Counted from the stretch's first letter, positions 9,304 to 18,632 are shown. The stretch: 40,151 nucleotides of DNA from Nitrosotalea sp. (GCA_033853455.1 JAWOLM010000050.1:1-40151), one strand, 5' to 3'. Numbers and translations are program-made. The notes: generated from the letters alone by a model not told the origin.

Positions 9304-10356
9304 ATGCGAGTAGGAGTAATAGGAGCTTCAGGATATGTCGGAGGAGAGATTCTCAGGCTACTTGTTAGTCACCCAAAAGTCGAGATTACTGCAGTTACGT
9401 CGCGACAATATGTAGGAGAATACATCTCCAGAATTCAACCAAGTCTTAAAGGATTTACTGATCTTACTTTTTCAGAACTAAACTATGACAAGTTATCAGA
9501 CAAGTGTGATCTAGTTTTTACTTCGGTTCCACACGGTACCGCAGTAGATATCGTAAAAGAACTCTATGATAGAGGAATGAAGGTAATTGATCTTAGTGCC
9601 GACTATAGGTTGCACAACTCTCCAGACTATGACAAGTGGTATGGTTGGCAACATCCACATCCAGAATATCTCTCAAAATCAGTCTTTGGAGTGCCAGAAC
9701 TTCACAGAGAAGAGATCAAAAAAGCACAGCTTGTCTCATGCCCAGGATGCATGGCAGTAACATCAATTCTTGCACTGTATCCGTTAGTAAAGAAAGGAAT
9801 TATCGATACTGATCACATCATAGTTGATTCAAAGATAGGCTCTTCAGGGGCAGGTGCCGGTTCTGAAGCAGGAACTCATCATGCGATGAGGTCAGGTGTC
9901 ATCAGGCCATACAAGCCTGCAAAGCACAGACATACAGGCGAGATTGAGCAAGAGCTCAGCCAAGCAGCAGGAAAGAAGATCAAAGTATCAATGAGTCCAC
10001 ATGCGGTAGATATTGTAAGAGGCATACTGTGTACAAACCACACGTTTCTTACAAAGCAGGTAACAGAGATGGATTTGTGGAAGATATATCGCGAACAGTA
10101 TCAAAATGAGAAATTCATCAGACTAATTCGTGACAAGAAAGGATTCTACAAATTCCCTGATCCAAAGTTCGTAGTAGGCTCCAACTTTTGCGATGTAGGA
10201 TTTGATATAGATGAAGACAACAACAGATTGGTAGTACTATCAGCATCAGATAACCTAATGAAGGGTGCTGCAGGTTCTGCCATACAAAACCTCAACGTAA
10301 TGGCAGGATTCAACGAGATGGAAGGTCTCACCTATTCTCCGTTAACTCCTGTGTGA
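9304..10356 (+). CDS. lysY: LysW-gamma-aminoadipyl/glutamyl-phosphate reductase (LysY/ArgC)
   Basis: GASGYVGGE, DLSADYRL, CPGC catalytic motif, DNLMKGAAG. Confidence 0.95.
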   Translation: MRVGVIGASGYVGGEILRLLVSHPKVEITAVTSRQYVGEYISRIQPSLKGFTDLTFSELNYDKLSDKCDLVFTSVPHGTAVDIVKELYDRGMKVIDLSADYRLHNSPDYDKWYGWQHPHPEYLSKSVFGVPELHREEIKKAQLVSCPGCMAVTSILALYPLVKKGIIDTDHIIVDSKIGSSGAGAGSEAGTHHAMRSGVIRPYKPAKHRHTGEIEQELSQAAGKKIKVSMSPHAVDIVRGILCTNHTFLTKQVTEMDLWKIYREQYQNEKFIRLIRDKKGFYKFPDPKFVVGSNFCDVGFDIDEDNNRLVVLSASDNLMKGAAGSAIQNLNVMAGFNEMEGLTYSPLTPV

Positions 10357-10360
10357 AAAG

Positions 10361-11161
10361 ATGATCACAATCAAGATAGGAGGAAGTGTGGTAGATGGTC
10401 TTCATCCATCAACTATATCCGATTTAAAAAAAGTGTCAGAACACGAAAAAGTGATTTTGGTTCATGGTGGAGGAAAAGAAGTAACAAAAATTTCAGAAGC
10501 TCTAGGCAAAGAACAGAAATTCATAGTCTCCCCCGGTGGAATCAAGAGCAGATACACTGACAAGGAAACTGCAGAAATTTTCACAATGGTAATGTCAGGT
10601 AAAATAAATAAGATGATAGTAGGAATGCTACAAAAAAACGGAATTAACGCAGTTGGACTTTCTGGCATTGATGGCAAGATAATTCAGGCAGAGAGGAAAA
10701 AAAAGCTGATTGTCATGAACGAAAAGGGACGAAAAATGGTAATTGATGGCGGATATACAGGAAAGATTCATGATGTAAATACCAGTCTCATCAAGGTGAT
10801 CTTGGACCAAGGGTACGTTCCCGTCATATCTCCAATTGCGACAAGCGAAGAGTTTGACTTTTTAAATGTCGATGGCGACAGGGCCGCTGCCTATGTTGCA
10901 GGCAAGATGCAGTCAGACAAGATCTTGTTTCTTACCAATGTAGACGGACTGTTGATGGATGACAAGCTTGTAACAAAGATGACCTTGGAAGAGGCAAAGG
11001 CAATCCTTCCCAAGATAGGGTTTGGAATGGAAAAGAAGATACTTGCCGCAACAGAAGCAATAGAAATGGGTGTAAAACAGGCCCTTGTTGCAAACGGCCA
11101 GAGGGAAAACCCCATATCAAGAGCAATAGCAAACGAGAATTGCACGGTGATTACAAGATGA
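10361..11161 (+). CDS. lysZ: LysW-aminoadipate/glutamate kinase (LysZ/ArgB)
   Basis: IKIGGS, VHGGG, SRYTD, NVDGDRAA amino-acid kinase motifs; in the lysW cluster. Confidence 0.95.
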   Translation: MITIKIGGSVVDGLHPSTISDLKKVSEHEKVILVHGGGKEVTKISEALGKEQKFIVSPGGIKSRYTDKETAEIFTMVMSGKINKMIVGMLQKNGINAVGLSGIDGKIIQAERKKKLIVMNEKGRKMVIDGGYTGKIHDVNTSLIKVILDQGYVPVISPIATSEEFDFLNVDGDRAAAYVAGKMQSDKILFLTNVDGLLMDDKLVTKMTLEEAKAILPKIGFGMEKKILAATEAIEMGVKQALVANGQRENPISRAIANENCTVITR

Positions 11162-12333
11162 CAGAAGACCAATTCATGGGAAGCATCTACCAGAGATTCC
11201 CTGTAACAATAGAGCGAGGACTTGGGGCACGTGTCTGGGATGCAAATGGAAAAGAGTACATTGACTGCATGGGAGGCTATGGCGTAGCACTTGTAGGACA
11301 CTGCAACCCCCGCGTCGTCGAGGCATTAAAGAATCAACTTGATAAAATAATTACAGTACATAGTTCGTTATACAACAAGACAAGAGAAGAGTTTCTTGAA
11401 AAACTAATTGGAATTGCGCCACAAGGTCTCAGCCAAGTTTATCTGAACAACAGCGGTACCGAGGCAGTAGAAGCTGCAATCAAGTTTGCTCGCAAGTTTA
11501 CTGGAAGGAAGGGTCTTGTTGCAATGAATGGATCGTATCATGGAAAATCATTTGGTGCTCTATCAGTTACATTCAACCCAAAGTATCGTAAATCCTTTGA
11601 ACCACTCTTGAGCAATGTGTCTTTTACGCCCTTTGGTGATGTCGAGGCTTTAAGATCAACAGTAAATTCGGATACGGCACTTGTCATACTTGAGCCAATA
11701 CAGGGAGAAAGCGGAATACATGTTGCGCCGGAGGGATTTCTCCAAGAAGTCAGAAAAATCTGCAACGAGAGCGGAGCTGTTCTTGTATTTGATGAGATTC
11801 AAGCAGGCCTGGGAAGGACAGGCAAGATGTGGGCAAGCCAGCATTGGGAGACAGTTCCTGACATAATGTGCCTTGCAAAAGGAATTGCAGGAGGCGTACC
11901 AATGGGTGCAACATTGGTCAAGCCCGAAATATTGGCATGCATTGGAAAAGGAGAACAGTCATCTACATTTGGAGGCAACCCACTTTCATGTGCTGCTGGA
12001 ATTGGTGCAATACAAGCTCTAACAGAGGATGGTCTAGTAGAAAATGCAGCCAAGAATGGAAAAATATTTCGAGAAGGACTTGAGAGATTAAAGGAGAAAC
12101 ACAAGATAATTCGTGAGATTCGTGGCAAGGGACTAATGATTGGTGTTGAGATGAAATTTGAAGTAAGAGACATATTGTTTGATGGAATTGCAAACAATTT
12201 GTTGTTGCTCTATTCTGGAAAGAACATACTCCGATTATTGCCGCCGCTCGTAATCTCAGAGACTGACATAAACAAAGCTTTAGAAACTCTGGACAAGATA
12301 CTAACAAAGGAGGAACAGAGAAGAAATGTCTAG
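11158..12333 (+). CDS. lysJ: LysW-semialdehyde aminotransferase (LysJ/ArgD)
   Basis: Class III PLP aminotransferase: SGTEAVE, EPIQGESG, FDEIQAGLGRTG, LAKG; ATG 11158 overlaps lysZ stop (ATGA). Confidence 0.94.
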   Translation: MTEDQFMGSIYQRFPVTIERGLGARVWDANGKEYIDCMGGYGVALVGHCNPRVVEALKNQLDKIITVHSSLYNKTREEFLEKLIGIAPQGLSQVYLNNSGTEAVEAAIKFARKFTGRKGLVAMNGSYHGKSFGALSVTFNPKYRKSFEPLLSNVSFTPFGDVEALRSTVNSDTALVILEPIQGESGIHVAPEGFLQEVRKICNESGAVLVFDEIQAGLGRTGKMWASQHWETVPDIMCLAKGIAGGVPMGATLVKPEILACIGKGEQSSTFGGNPLSCAAGIGAIQALTEDGLVENAAKNGKIFREGLERLKEKHKIIREIRGKGLMIGVEMKFEVRDILFDGIANNLLLLYSGKNILRLLPPLVISETDINKALETLDKILTKEEQRRNV

Positions 12334-12745
12334 AGACAAGACTGACGAAATTATACTTGAAATGCTAAAAAAGGATTCAAGACAGTCTTTTGTAGAGATT
12401 GGGCAGAAACTCGGACTATCAGAATCTGCTGTCAGAAGAAGAGTGAAGAACCTTACTGATGGCGGTACCATAAAAAAATTTACAATTGAGACTGGCGATA
12501 CCAATTCAACCAGCGCAATAATTTTGATATCTGTTGATTCATCCACTGATACTTCAAAGGTTTCTGCAAAACTTGCCAAGCTTCATGGAGTTGATACCGT
12601 CTACGAAATTACAGGACAGTATGACATTGCTACCGTGATTCGAGCCCCAAACATTACTGAGATCAATGCATGTATTGATGCACTACGCAAGATACCTGGT
12701 GTTTTTGACACAAACACAGTCATTATTCTTAGAACAGTAGCATAA
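12326..12745 (+). CDS. lysM: Lrp/AsnC-family regulator LysM
   Basis: N-terminal HTH (LGLSESAVRRRV) plus RAM domain (YEITGQYD); embedded in the lys/arg cluster. Confidence 0.85.
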   Translation: MSRDKTDEIILEMLKKDSRQSFVEIGQKLGLSESAVRRRVKNLTDGGTIKKFTIETGDTNSTSAIILISVDSSTDTSKVSAKLAKLHGVDTVYEITGQYDIATVIRAPNITEINACIDALRKIPGVFDTNTVIILRTVA

Positions 12746-12819
12746 AACGAAGTTCGGCACCACAATCAAATCTTTAACGAAAATCGTTGTAAAAGCAACA
12801 AAAATAGACGAAATCTGTA
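12746..12819. promoter_or_regulatory. Three phased Lrp-type operator boxes (putative LysM sites)
   Basis: AACGA-AGT-TCGGC (12746), AACGA-AAA-TCGTT (12776, perfect palindrome), GACGA-AAT-CTGTA (12807); spacing 30 and 31 bp. Confidence 0.65.
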
Positions 12820-12827
12820 CAAATATG

Positions 12828-12834
12828 TTTATAT
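12828..12834 (+). promoter_or_regulatory. TATA box of the homocitrate synthase-lysW2-lysX-lysK unit
   Basis: TTTATAT about 26 nt upstream of ATG 12861. Confidence 0.6.
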
Positions 12835-12860
12835 TCGCAAAACTTGGTACTAAAGAAGCA

Positions 12861-14051
12861 ATGGATGAGGCAAACTACTACGCATACAAGTATAACGAGT
12901 CAGAGGCAAAGCCAAAGAAGATCCACATACTTGACAGTACGTTAAGAGAAGGAGAACAACATCCAGGTGTTACATTTTCCAACAAGCAGAGAATCCAGAT
13001 TGCGTGGATGCTTGACTATTTTGGTGTTGACCAGATTGAGATTTCCCCCGTAGTATCACCAGATCATAAAGAAGCTACCAAGACGATAATCAAGCAAGGT
13101 CTCAAGGCAGACATTGTCGCTCATGTAAGAGCACTCAAAGAAGATGTGGATGTTGCACTTGATTGTGATGCAACATGGATGGCAACATACTTGGGAATCT
13201 CTGAAGTTCATATGAAAGACAAGTTACGAATTACAAGAGAAGAAGCACTTAGGCGTGCAATAGAAACAGTCGAATATGCAAAATCCCATGGCCTTAAGAT
13301 GCGATTTACAGTAGAGGATGGCAGTAGAGCAGACCCAGAGTTTCTAATCAAGATTTGCAAAGAAATTTCAAAAGCAGGAGCTGACAGAATTAGTATACCT
13401 GACACAGTTGGGATAATGAGACCAATTGGCATGTATAACTTGGTCAAAACGGTTCGTGAGCATGTCAAGACACCTCTTGATGTTCACTGTCACAATGACA
13501 TTGGTCTTGCCTTGGCTAATGCACTTGCAGGTTGTGATGCTGGAGCTGATCAGATACATACGACTATAGATGGAGTAGGGGAGAGAACTGGCATACCCGC
13601 TCTTGCAGAGACCGCTGTTGCACTTACATATCTTTACAGGTCTCCAAACAATTTCAGATTAGACATGTTAATGGACCTTTCAAGACTTATCGAACAGTAT
13701 ACAGGAATTGTCCCATACGACTCTAAACCAATTGTTGGCTCAACAGCATACAAGCACAAGGCAGGAACACACTTGGCTGCAATACTTCGAAACCCAGCAG
13801 CCTACGAACCAATCGAGCCAAAGGCTGTTGGTAACAGAAGGAAGATTGTCTTTGGCGAGCTTGCAGGCAAGAATGGTGCCGCATATCTCATGTCCCTTCT
13901 AGGCCTTGACCAAGACGAGGAACATGCAAAGAAGGTGGCTGCAGGACTCAAGAACCTAAGAATGGGCGACTTGCTTGAGATCCCACTAGATGAAAGACTT
14001 GAAAGAAAGATAATTAATGACACCCAAATGAAGGTAAAGACAGGTAAATAG
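12861..14051 (+). CDS. Homocitrate synthase (LeuA/DRE-TIM family)
   Basis: DSTLREGEQ, HCHND, GVGERTG, HKAGTH motifs; no LeuA regulatory domain; context in the lysine cluster; start chosen at ATG 12861 from the promoter position. Confidence 0.85.
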   Translation: MDEANYYAYKYNESEAKPKKIHILDSTLREGEQHPGVTFSNKQRIQIAWMLDYFGVDQIEISPVVSPDHKEATKTIIKQGLKADIVAHVRALKEDVDVALDCDATWMATYLGISEVHMKDKLRITREEALRRAIETVEYAKSHGLKMRFTVEDGSRADPEFLIKICKEISKAGADRISIPDTVGIMRPIGMYNLVKTVREHVKTPLDVHCHNDIGLALANALAGCDAGADQIHTTIDGVGERTGIPALAETAVALTYLYRSPNNFRLDMLMDLSRLIEQYTGIVPYDSKPIVGSTAYKHKAGTHLAAILRNPAAYEPIEPKAVGNRRKIVFGELAGKNGAAYLMSLLGLDQDEEHAKKVAAGLKNLRMGDLLEIPLDERLERKIINDTQMKVKTGK

Positions 14052-14052
14052 T

Positions 14053-14217
14053 ATGAAATGTTTAGAATGTGATGCGAACATAAATCCTCCAAAGGATTCC
14101 ATGGAAGGCGAGATTGTGACTTGCCCCGACTGTGGCGCAAGTTTTGAGTTAGCTAAAGGATCATCAGGCTTTGAGTTGAAACCAGCACAAACTGTTGGTG
14201 AGGACTGGGGCCAGTGA
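14053..14217 (+). CDS. lysW: LysW-family carrier protein, copy 2 (54 aa, C-terminal EDWGQ; not in ORF track)
   Basis: Manual translation MKCLECDANINPPKDSMEGEIVTCPDCGASFELAKGSSGFELKPAQTVGEDWGQ; stop overlaps the GTG of lysX. Confidence 0.93.
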   Translation: MKCLECDANINPPKDSMEGEIVTCPDCGASFELAKGSSGFELKPAQTVGEDWGQ

Positions 14218-15062
14218 GCTCAGGCCTATCGATACTTTACGACACCATTCGCTGGGAAGAAAAAGCTCTGTTTGATGCCGCAAAGAAAAAGGGCGTCGAT
14301 GCAAAGATGGTGGACTGTAAGAGTTTAACTGTCAAATTAGACAAGAGTAAGGAAGAACATGATACTGCAATACAGCGATGTGTTAGCTATTACCGAAGTT
14401 TGCACTCTACTGCAGCGCTTGAAGGCAAGGGAGTAAATGTCATCAACAGTTTGGATACAAGCATACTTGCTGGCAACAAGCTATTCACACATATGCTTCT
14501 ATTAAAAAAGGGCATTCCAACACCATTTAGCGCAGTTGCATTTTCAGAAGAAGCTGCTCTTGAGTATCTAGATAAAAATGGCTATCCGATGGTACTCAAG
14601 CCAACCGTCGGAAGTTGGGGAAGAATGATCGCATTGCTAAAAGATCGTGACTCTGCAGAAGGCATTATGGAGATGCGCGAAAAGATGTACCCAATTTACC
14701 AAGTATATTATTTAGAAGAGTTTGTCAATAGGCCTCCACGTGACATTAGGGCAATCATGGTAGGCGACAAGGTAGTCGCTGCAATATACCGCTATTCTGG
14801 CGAGGGTCAATGGAAGACAAACATGGCATTAGGGGGCAAGGCAGAGCCATTAAAGGTAACAAAAGAGATCGAAGAGATCTGCATCAAGGCAAAAGAGGCG
14901 GTGCAAGGTCAGATAGTTGGCATCGATCTAATGGAAAGCAAGGAAAAAGGGCTTGTCGTACACGAGGTTAACAATACAACGGAATACAAAAATACCGTCA
15001 GAGTTACTGGCGTAGATATACCGGCCTTGATGATAGATTACGCCAAACAATCGAGAAAATAA
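14214..15062 (+). CDS. lysX: Alpha-aminoadipate--LysW ligase LysX
   Basis: ATP-grasp (KPTVGSWGR, WKTNMALGG, HEVN); EYKNT matches the LysX N-T/S signature; follows homocitrate synthase. Confidence 0.87.
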   Translation: MSSGLSILYDTIRWEEKALFDAAKKKGVDAKMVDCKSLTVKLDKSKEEHDTAIQRCVSYYRSLHSTAALEGKGVNVINSLDTSILAGNKLFTHMLLLKKGIPTPFSAVAFSEEAALEYLDKNGYPMVLKPTVGSWGRMIALLKDRDSAEGIMEMREKMYPIYQVYYLEEFVNRPPRDIRAIMVGDKVVAAIYRYSGEGQWKTNMALGGKAEPLKVTKEIEEICIKAKEAVQGQIVGIDLMESKEKGLVVHEVNNTTEYKNTVRVTGVDIPALMIDYAKQSRK

Positions 15063-15065
15063 GAA

Positions 15066-16202
15066 TTGGACTCTTCAATTACCATAACTCCTAGATATTC
15101 AGTAAAGATGCTAGAGAAGGCTCTAAGGCTTTACACACCTTCGCTTTCCGAAAAAGCTTTGGCTGAATTTTTAGCAGACAAGTGTGATGATCTTGGATTT
15201 GAAAATATCCACATTGATGAGGTAGGAAACCTTATTGCAACAAAGGGCTCCGGTTCTCCCAAGATACTTCTTTGCGGACATATGGATACTGTCCCAGGAA
15301 AGATAAAGGTGAGAAACGAGAACGGTTACATTTATGGAAGAGGGGCGTCTGACGCAAAGGCTCCACTGATGGCTATGCTTCTTGCTGCTGCTTCCTTTCA
15401 AAATAACAATGGCACTGTTGTCTTTGCAGCAGTTGTTGACGAGGAGGGAAATGCAACAGGCATCAAAAGCCTTGTAAAACAAAAGTTAGACATTGACTAT
15501 GCAATCTTTGGAGAACCAAGCAGTATAAGAAATATCACAATAGCTTACAAGGGAAGAATTGCAATAAACCTCAAGGTCAATGTTGGCGATAGTGCGCACG
15601 CAAGTGCACCGTGGCTAGCAAAAAACGCAATTGAAGAATCGTATGTTTTTACAAAAGCAATCAAGGACGCATTAGAGGGAAACCAAGAAAACAAACCAAA
15701 ATCCATGATGCTAACTGCTGCTCTCACAGAGATAAAGGGTGGAACAAGCCATAATGTCACTGCAGTAGAATGTGATGCAATAATGGACATTAGGATTCCA
15801 GTTGACATGAACTGCAAGATGGTGGGTGAAAAAATTGCAACCATAGTTCAGGAGGTAGCAAAGAAAAGAGGAGTAAATGCCTTCTATTCAGTGTTAGATG
15901 AGACAGAGCCTTTTGAGGCACCTCATACATCACCTCTTGTCAGAGCCCTCACACTTGGAATTTTAGATGTGGAAAAGGCAAGGCCGCAACTCATCAGAAA
16001 GACTGGAACAGGAGACATGAACATAATTGGAAACTCGCTGAATATTCCAGTTGTAACTTATGGTCCAGGAGACCCTCACGCATCCCATACAATTGACGAG
16101 CATGTATCAACAGACGAATATCTAAGAAGCATCGAGGTCTTCAAAAGGATGTTACATCATCTTAAGAGACTGCACGATGGTCAAAAGAAATCAAACGCGT
16201 AA
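15066..16202 (+). CDS. lysK: LysW-lysine/ornithine hydrolase (LysK/ArgE, M20 family)
   Basis: LCGHMDTVPG, GRGASDAK, DEE, GEPS, KTGTGDMN, YGPGD...HT motifs. Confidence 0.93.
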   Translation: MDSSITITPRYSVKMLEKALRLYTPSLSEKALAEFLADKCDDLGFENIHIDEVGNLIATKGSGSPKILLCGHMDTVPGKIKVRNENGYIYGRGASDAKAPLMAMLLAAASFQNNNGTVVFAAVVDEEGNATGIKSLVKQKLDIDYAIFGEPSSIRNITIAYKGRIAINLKVNVGDSAHASAPWLAKNAIEESYVFTKAIKDALEGNQENKPKSMMLTAALTEIKGGTSHNVTAVECDAIMDIRIPVDMNCKMVGEKIATIVQEVAKKRGVNAFYSVLDETEPFEAPHTSPLVRALTLGILDVEKARPQLIRKTGTGDMNIIGNSLNIPVVTYGPGDPHASHTIDEHVSTDEYLRSIEVFKRMLHHLKRLHDGQKKSNA

Positions 16203-16239
16203 AACGAACATCAAAATATACAGCGTGTAGAATTGGTTC

Positions 16240-17274
16240 ATGTTATGGTTTATTGGGCTCGGCATATCAGGAGTCGATGGATTAAGTCCAAATACATTGA
16301 AAATTTTAAAAAAAGCAAATCTTGTTTTTTTTGAAAACTTTACAAGTCCCATACCAAAAACCGACGAGTCTAAGATAAAAAAACTTGTAAAAAACAGATT
16401 CAGATTAGCGCCAAGATGGCTAGTAGAAGATGGCAAGACAATACTTGCGGAGGCCAAGAAAAAAAAGGTGATTTTGCTTACGTATGGCGATCCCTACATT
16501 GCAACAACACATATCGAGCTCCGAACTCGGGCCGAGCTTGAAAAGATAAAGACCCAGACAGTGCATGCTGCTTCTGCAATCCCGTCGCTAGTGGGTGAGT
16601 GTGGATTGCAGTATTACAAGATGGGAAGGCCTGTAACAGTAATGAGAGAGCAACAATCATGGAACACAGTATATTATACAATTTATGAGAACCTTGTAAA
16701 AGGGACTCACAGTATATTGATACTTGAATTCAACAGTGATGTTGGATTTTTCCTTGACCCAAAGGATGCAATCTCAAGCCTACTTTCTACAGAAAAAGAG
16801 CAGCGAAGAAACGTAATAGACGAGGCAACATATGGAATCGTAGCATCAAGAATTGGCTCAAAAAAACAGAATATAGTCGCAGGAAAACTTGGGAGCCTAG
16901 CAAAATATGACTTTGGAAAACCACCGCATACGATAATTATTCCAGGAAAAATGCATTTTACAGAAATTGACGCGCTCAAGGTATTTGCCAAGTGTCTTGA
17001 CGAACCGTTTGACAATTCAAAGATTCAAAGGATTTCGGATCAGATGCTTGCCAAGTATGTTCCAAAAGCAAGAAGGGCGTTAGAAGAAGTAGTAAGAATG
17101 TTCAAGGATGACAAGAGCCTGCAATCAGTAATAGAAAATGCTCAACTCTACATAGATGATGCAGAAAAATTTCAAAGGGAGGGAAAAGAAGAGCTTGCCA
17201 TACTTAGCATCGGATACGCAGAAGGGCTAATTGATGCACTTCGACTGTCAAAGGGTATAGACCCTTGGACATAG
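16240..17274 (+). CDS. dph5: Diphthine synthase with C-terminal DUF357-like helical domain
   Basis: FIGLG, ENFTS, GDPYIATTH, GLQYYKMG, PPHTIIIPG; C-terminal YIDDAEKF...SIGYAEGLIDALR. Confidence 0.9.
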   Translation: MLWFIGLGISGVDGLSPNTLKILKKANLVFFENFTSPIPKTDESKIKKLVKNRFRLAPRWLVEDGKTILAEAKKKKVILLTYGDPYIATTHIELRTRAELEKIKTQTVHAASAIPSLVGECGLQYYKMGRPVTVMREQQSWNTVYYTIYENLVKGTHSILILEFNSDVGFFLDPKDAISSLLSTEKEQRRNVIDEATYGIVASRIGSKKQNIVAGKLGSLAKYDFGKPPHTIIIPGKMHFTEIDALKVFAKCLDEPFDNSKIQRISDQMLAKYVPKARRALEEVVRMFKDDKSLQSVIENAQLYIDDAEKFQREGKEELAILSIGYAEGLIDALRLSKGIDPWT

Positions 17275-17303
17275 CTTAATCAAGCAGTAATGCTTGAGCT
17301 CTT

Positions 17304-17927
17304 TTGATATATTTGGACGCATTTGACAAGGAACTAATATCGGCGTGTTATGTCGGCTCGCTTTCAAAGGAAGATGCAATAGATATTATTAGAAAAAAGC
17401 TTTCGCTAAGCCCTGATTATATTGCATCAAGGATAGACTCTCTTGTGGCAAATGGATTCATTGAGAAAAATAGGAATTTGACCGAACTTGGTCGAGGTTC
17501 CATTAGAATAGTTCTGGCAGGTGGAGTCTTTGATATCATACATCCAGGTCACATACATACACTTAGAGGAGCCAAAGCTCTTGGCAATGTACTTGTAGTC
17601 GTTGTTGCAACAGACGCCACTGCGCAAAAGATGAAAAATCGTATACCTCTTCACAACATGGAGCTTAGGCGAGACCTTGTAAGTTCGCTCTCAATGGTTG
17701 ATCATGCTATCGTAGGTCATGAAGGAGACATTTTCAAGACTGTAGAGCGTGTAAAACCAAACATCATTGCTCTTGGATATGATCAGATACACCAAGAAAA
17801 ATTCATCATTGACGGATGCAAAAAGATAGGAGTCGAAGTATCAATAGCAAGACTCCAATCTCCAATACCTGACGTCAAAAGCTCAAAGATAGAGACAGAT
17901 TACGGCAAGTCGATATACGGTCTTTGA
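17304..17927 (+). CDS. ribL: FAD synthetase (cytidylyltransferase family) with N-terminal wHTH-like extension
   Basis: GGVFDIIHPGH (HxGH) and IALGYDQ motifs; convergent with riboflavin kinase. Confidence 0.8.
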   Translation: MIYLDAFDKELISACYVGSLSKEDAIDIIRKKLSLSPDYIASRIDSLVANGFIEKNRNLTELGRGSIRIVLAGGVFDIIHPGHIHTLRGAKALGNVLVVVVATDATAQKMKNRIPLHNMELRRDLVSSLSMVDHAIVGHEGDIFKTVERVKPNIIALGYDQIHQEKFIIDGCKKIGVEVSIARLQSPIPDVKSSKIETDYGKSIYGL

Positions 17928-17930
17928 ATT

Positions 17931-18626
17931 TTATTGAGCAAGTTTTGATCTTATGTTTACCCGAATTGTTATCTGAGATCCTGTTGAAAGTCTAAGTGAT
18001 TTTTTGATGTTCTCTTTTGATATGAGTTCTATTATAGAATCATCATGATGAGTTCTCTCAAGTAGGATTAGTGCAACGTCCACGCTATTGTTCACTTTGG
18101 CAGAATAGCATTTGACCCATCCATACGTTCGTTTTCCATCCGAAAATCCATTAACCAATATTGCAGGATGTGCGTCAAGCAGCCTTTTTGCCTCTATGAA
18201 TTCCTTGTCTTTGAGTTTTACATTTAGTGTTCCTGGAAACGGAACATATCCAAGTTTTGATTTGAATTGTTTTGTATATCCTTTCATCGACATATAATAC
18301 GCGCCTTCTCCCATTCCAGAAATTATGATTCCTTTGAATTCTATGAATGACGGCGAGGTTTCAAGACTTGATTTTAGCGTTGAAAAAATTTTAAGCATCT
18401 CAGCATGTCCTTTTGTGGTAATCCTGACTGAGACCTTTGTGCCAGATCTCAGTCTCTCAACATATCCATCTGACTCTAACTCCAAAAGATGTTTTGATGC
18501 GGCCTGCTGAGATTTGTTAATACTTTTTCCAAGAGATGATGTCGTGATTGGAATAAAGTTGTAACGGGCGCCTTTGGCAAAAAGTTCTGCAAGTGTAAGT
18601 ATATGTTGTAACTTCAGTTCTTGCAT
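17931..18626 (-). CDS. ribK: CTP-dependent riboflavin kinase with N-terminal wHTH (RbkR type)
   Basis: SQQAASKHL HTH; SGMGEGAYYM, PFPGTLN, ERTHH, IELIS motifs. Confidence 0.92.
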   Translation of the reverse strand: MQELKLQHILTLAELFAKGARYNFIPITTSSLGKSINKSQQAASKHLLELESDGYVERLRSGTKVSVRITTKGHAEMLKIFSTLKSSLETSPSFIEFKGIIISGMGEGAYYMSMKGYTKQFKSKLGYVPFPGTLNVKLKDKEFIEAKRLLDAHPAILVNGFSDGKRTYGWVKCYSAKVNNSVDVALILLERTHHDDSIIELISKENIKKSLRLSTGSQITIRVNIRSKLAQ

Positions 18627-18632
18627 TTGATT

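Noticed and set aside
12825-12860. Longer start for homocitrate synthase
   Set aside because: ATG 12825 overlaps the TATA box; ATG 12861 fits the promoter geometry
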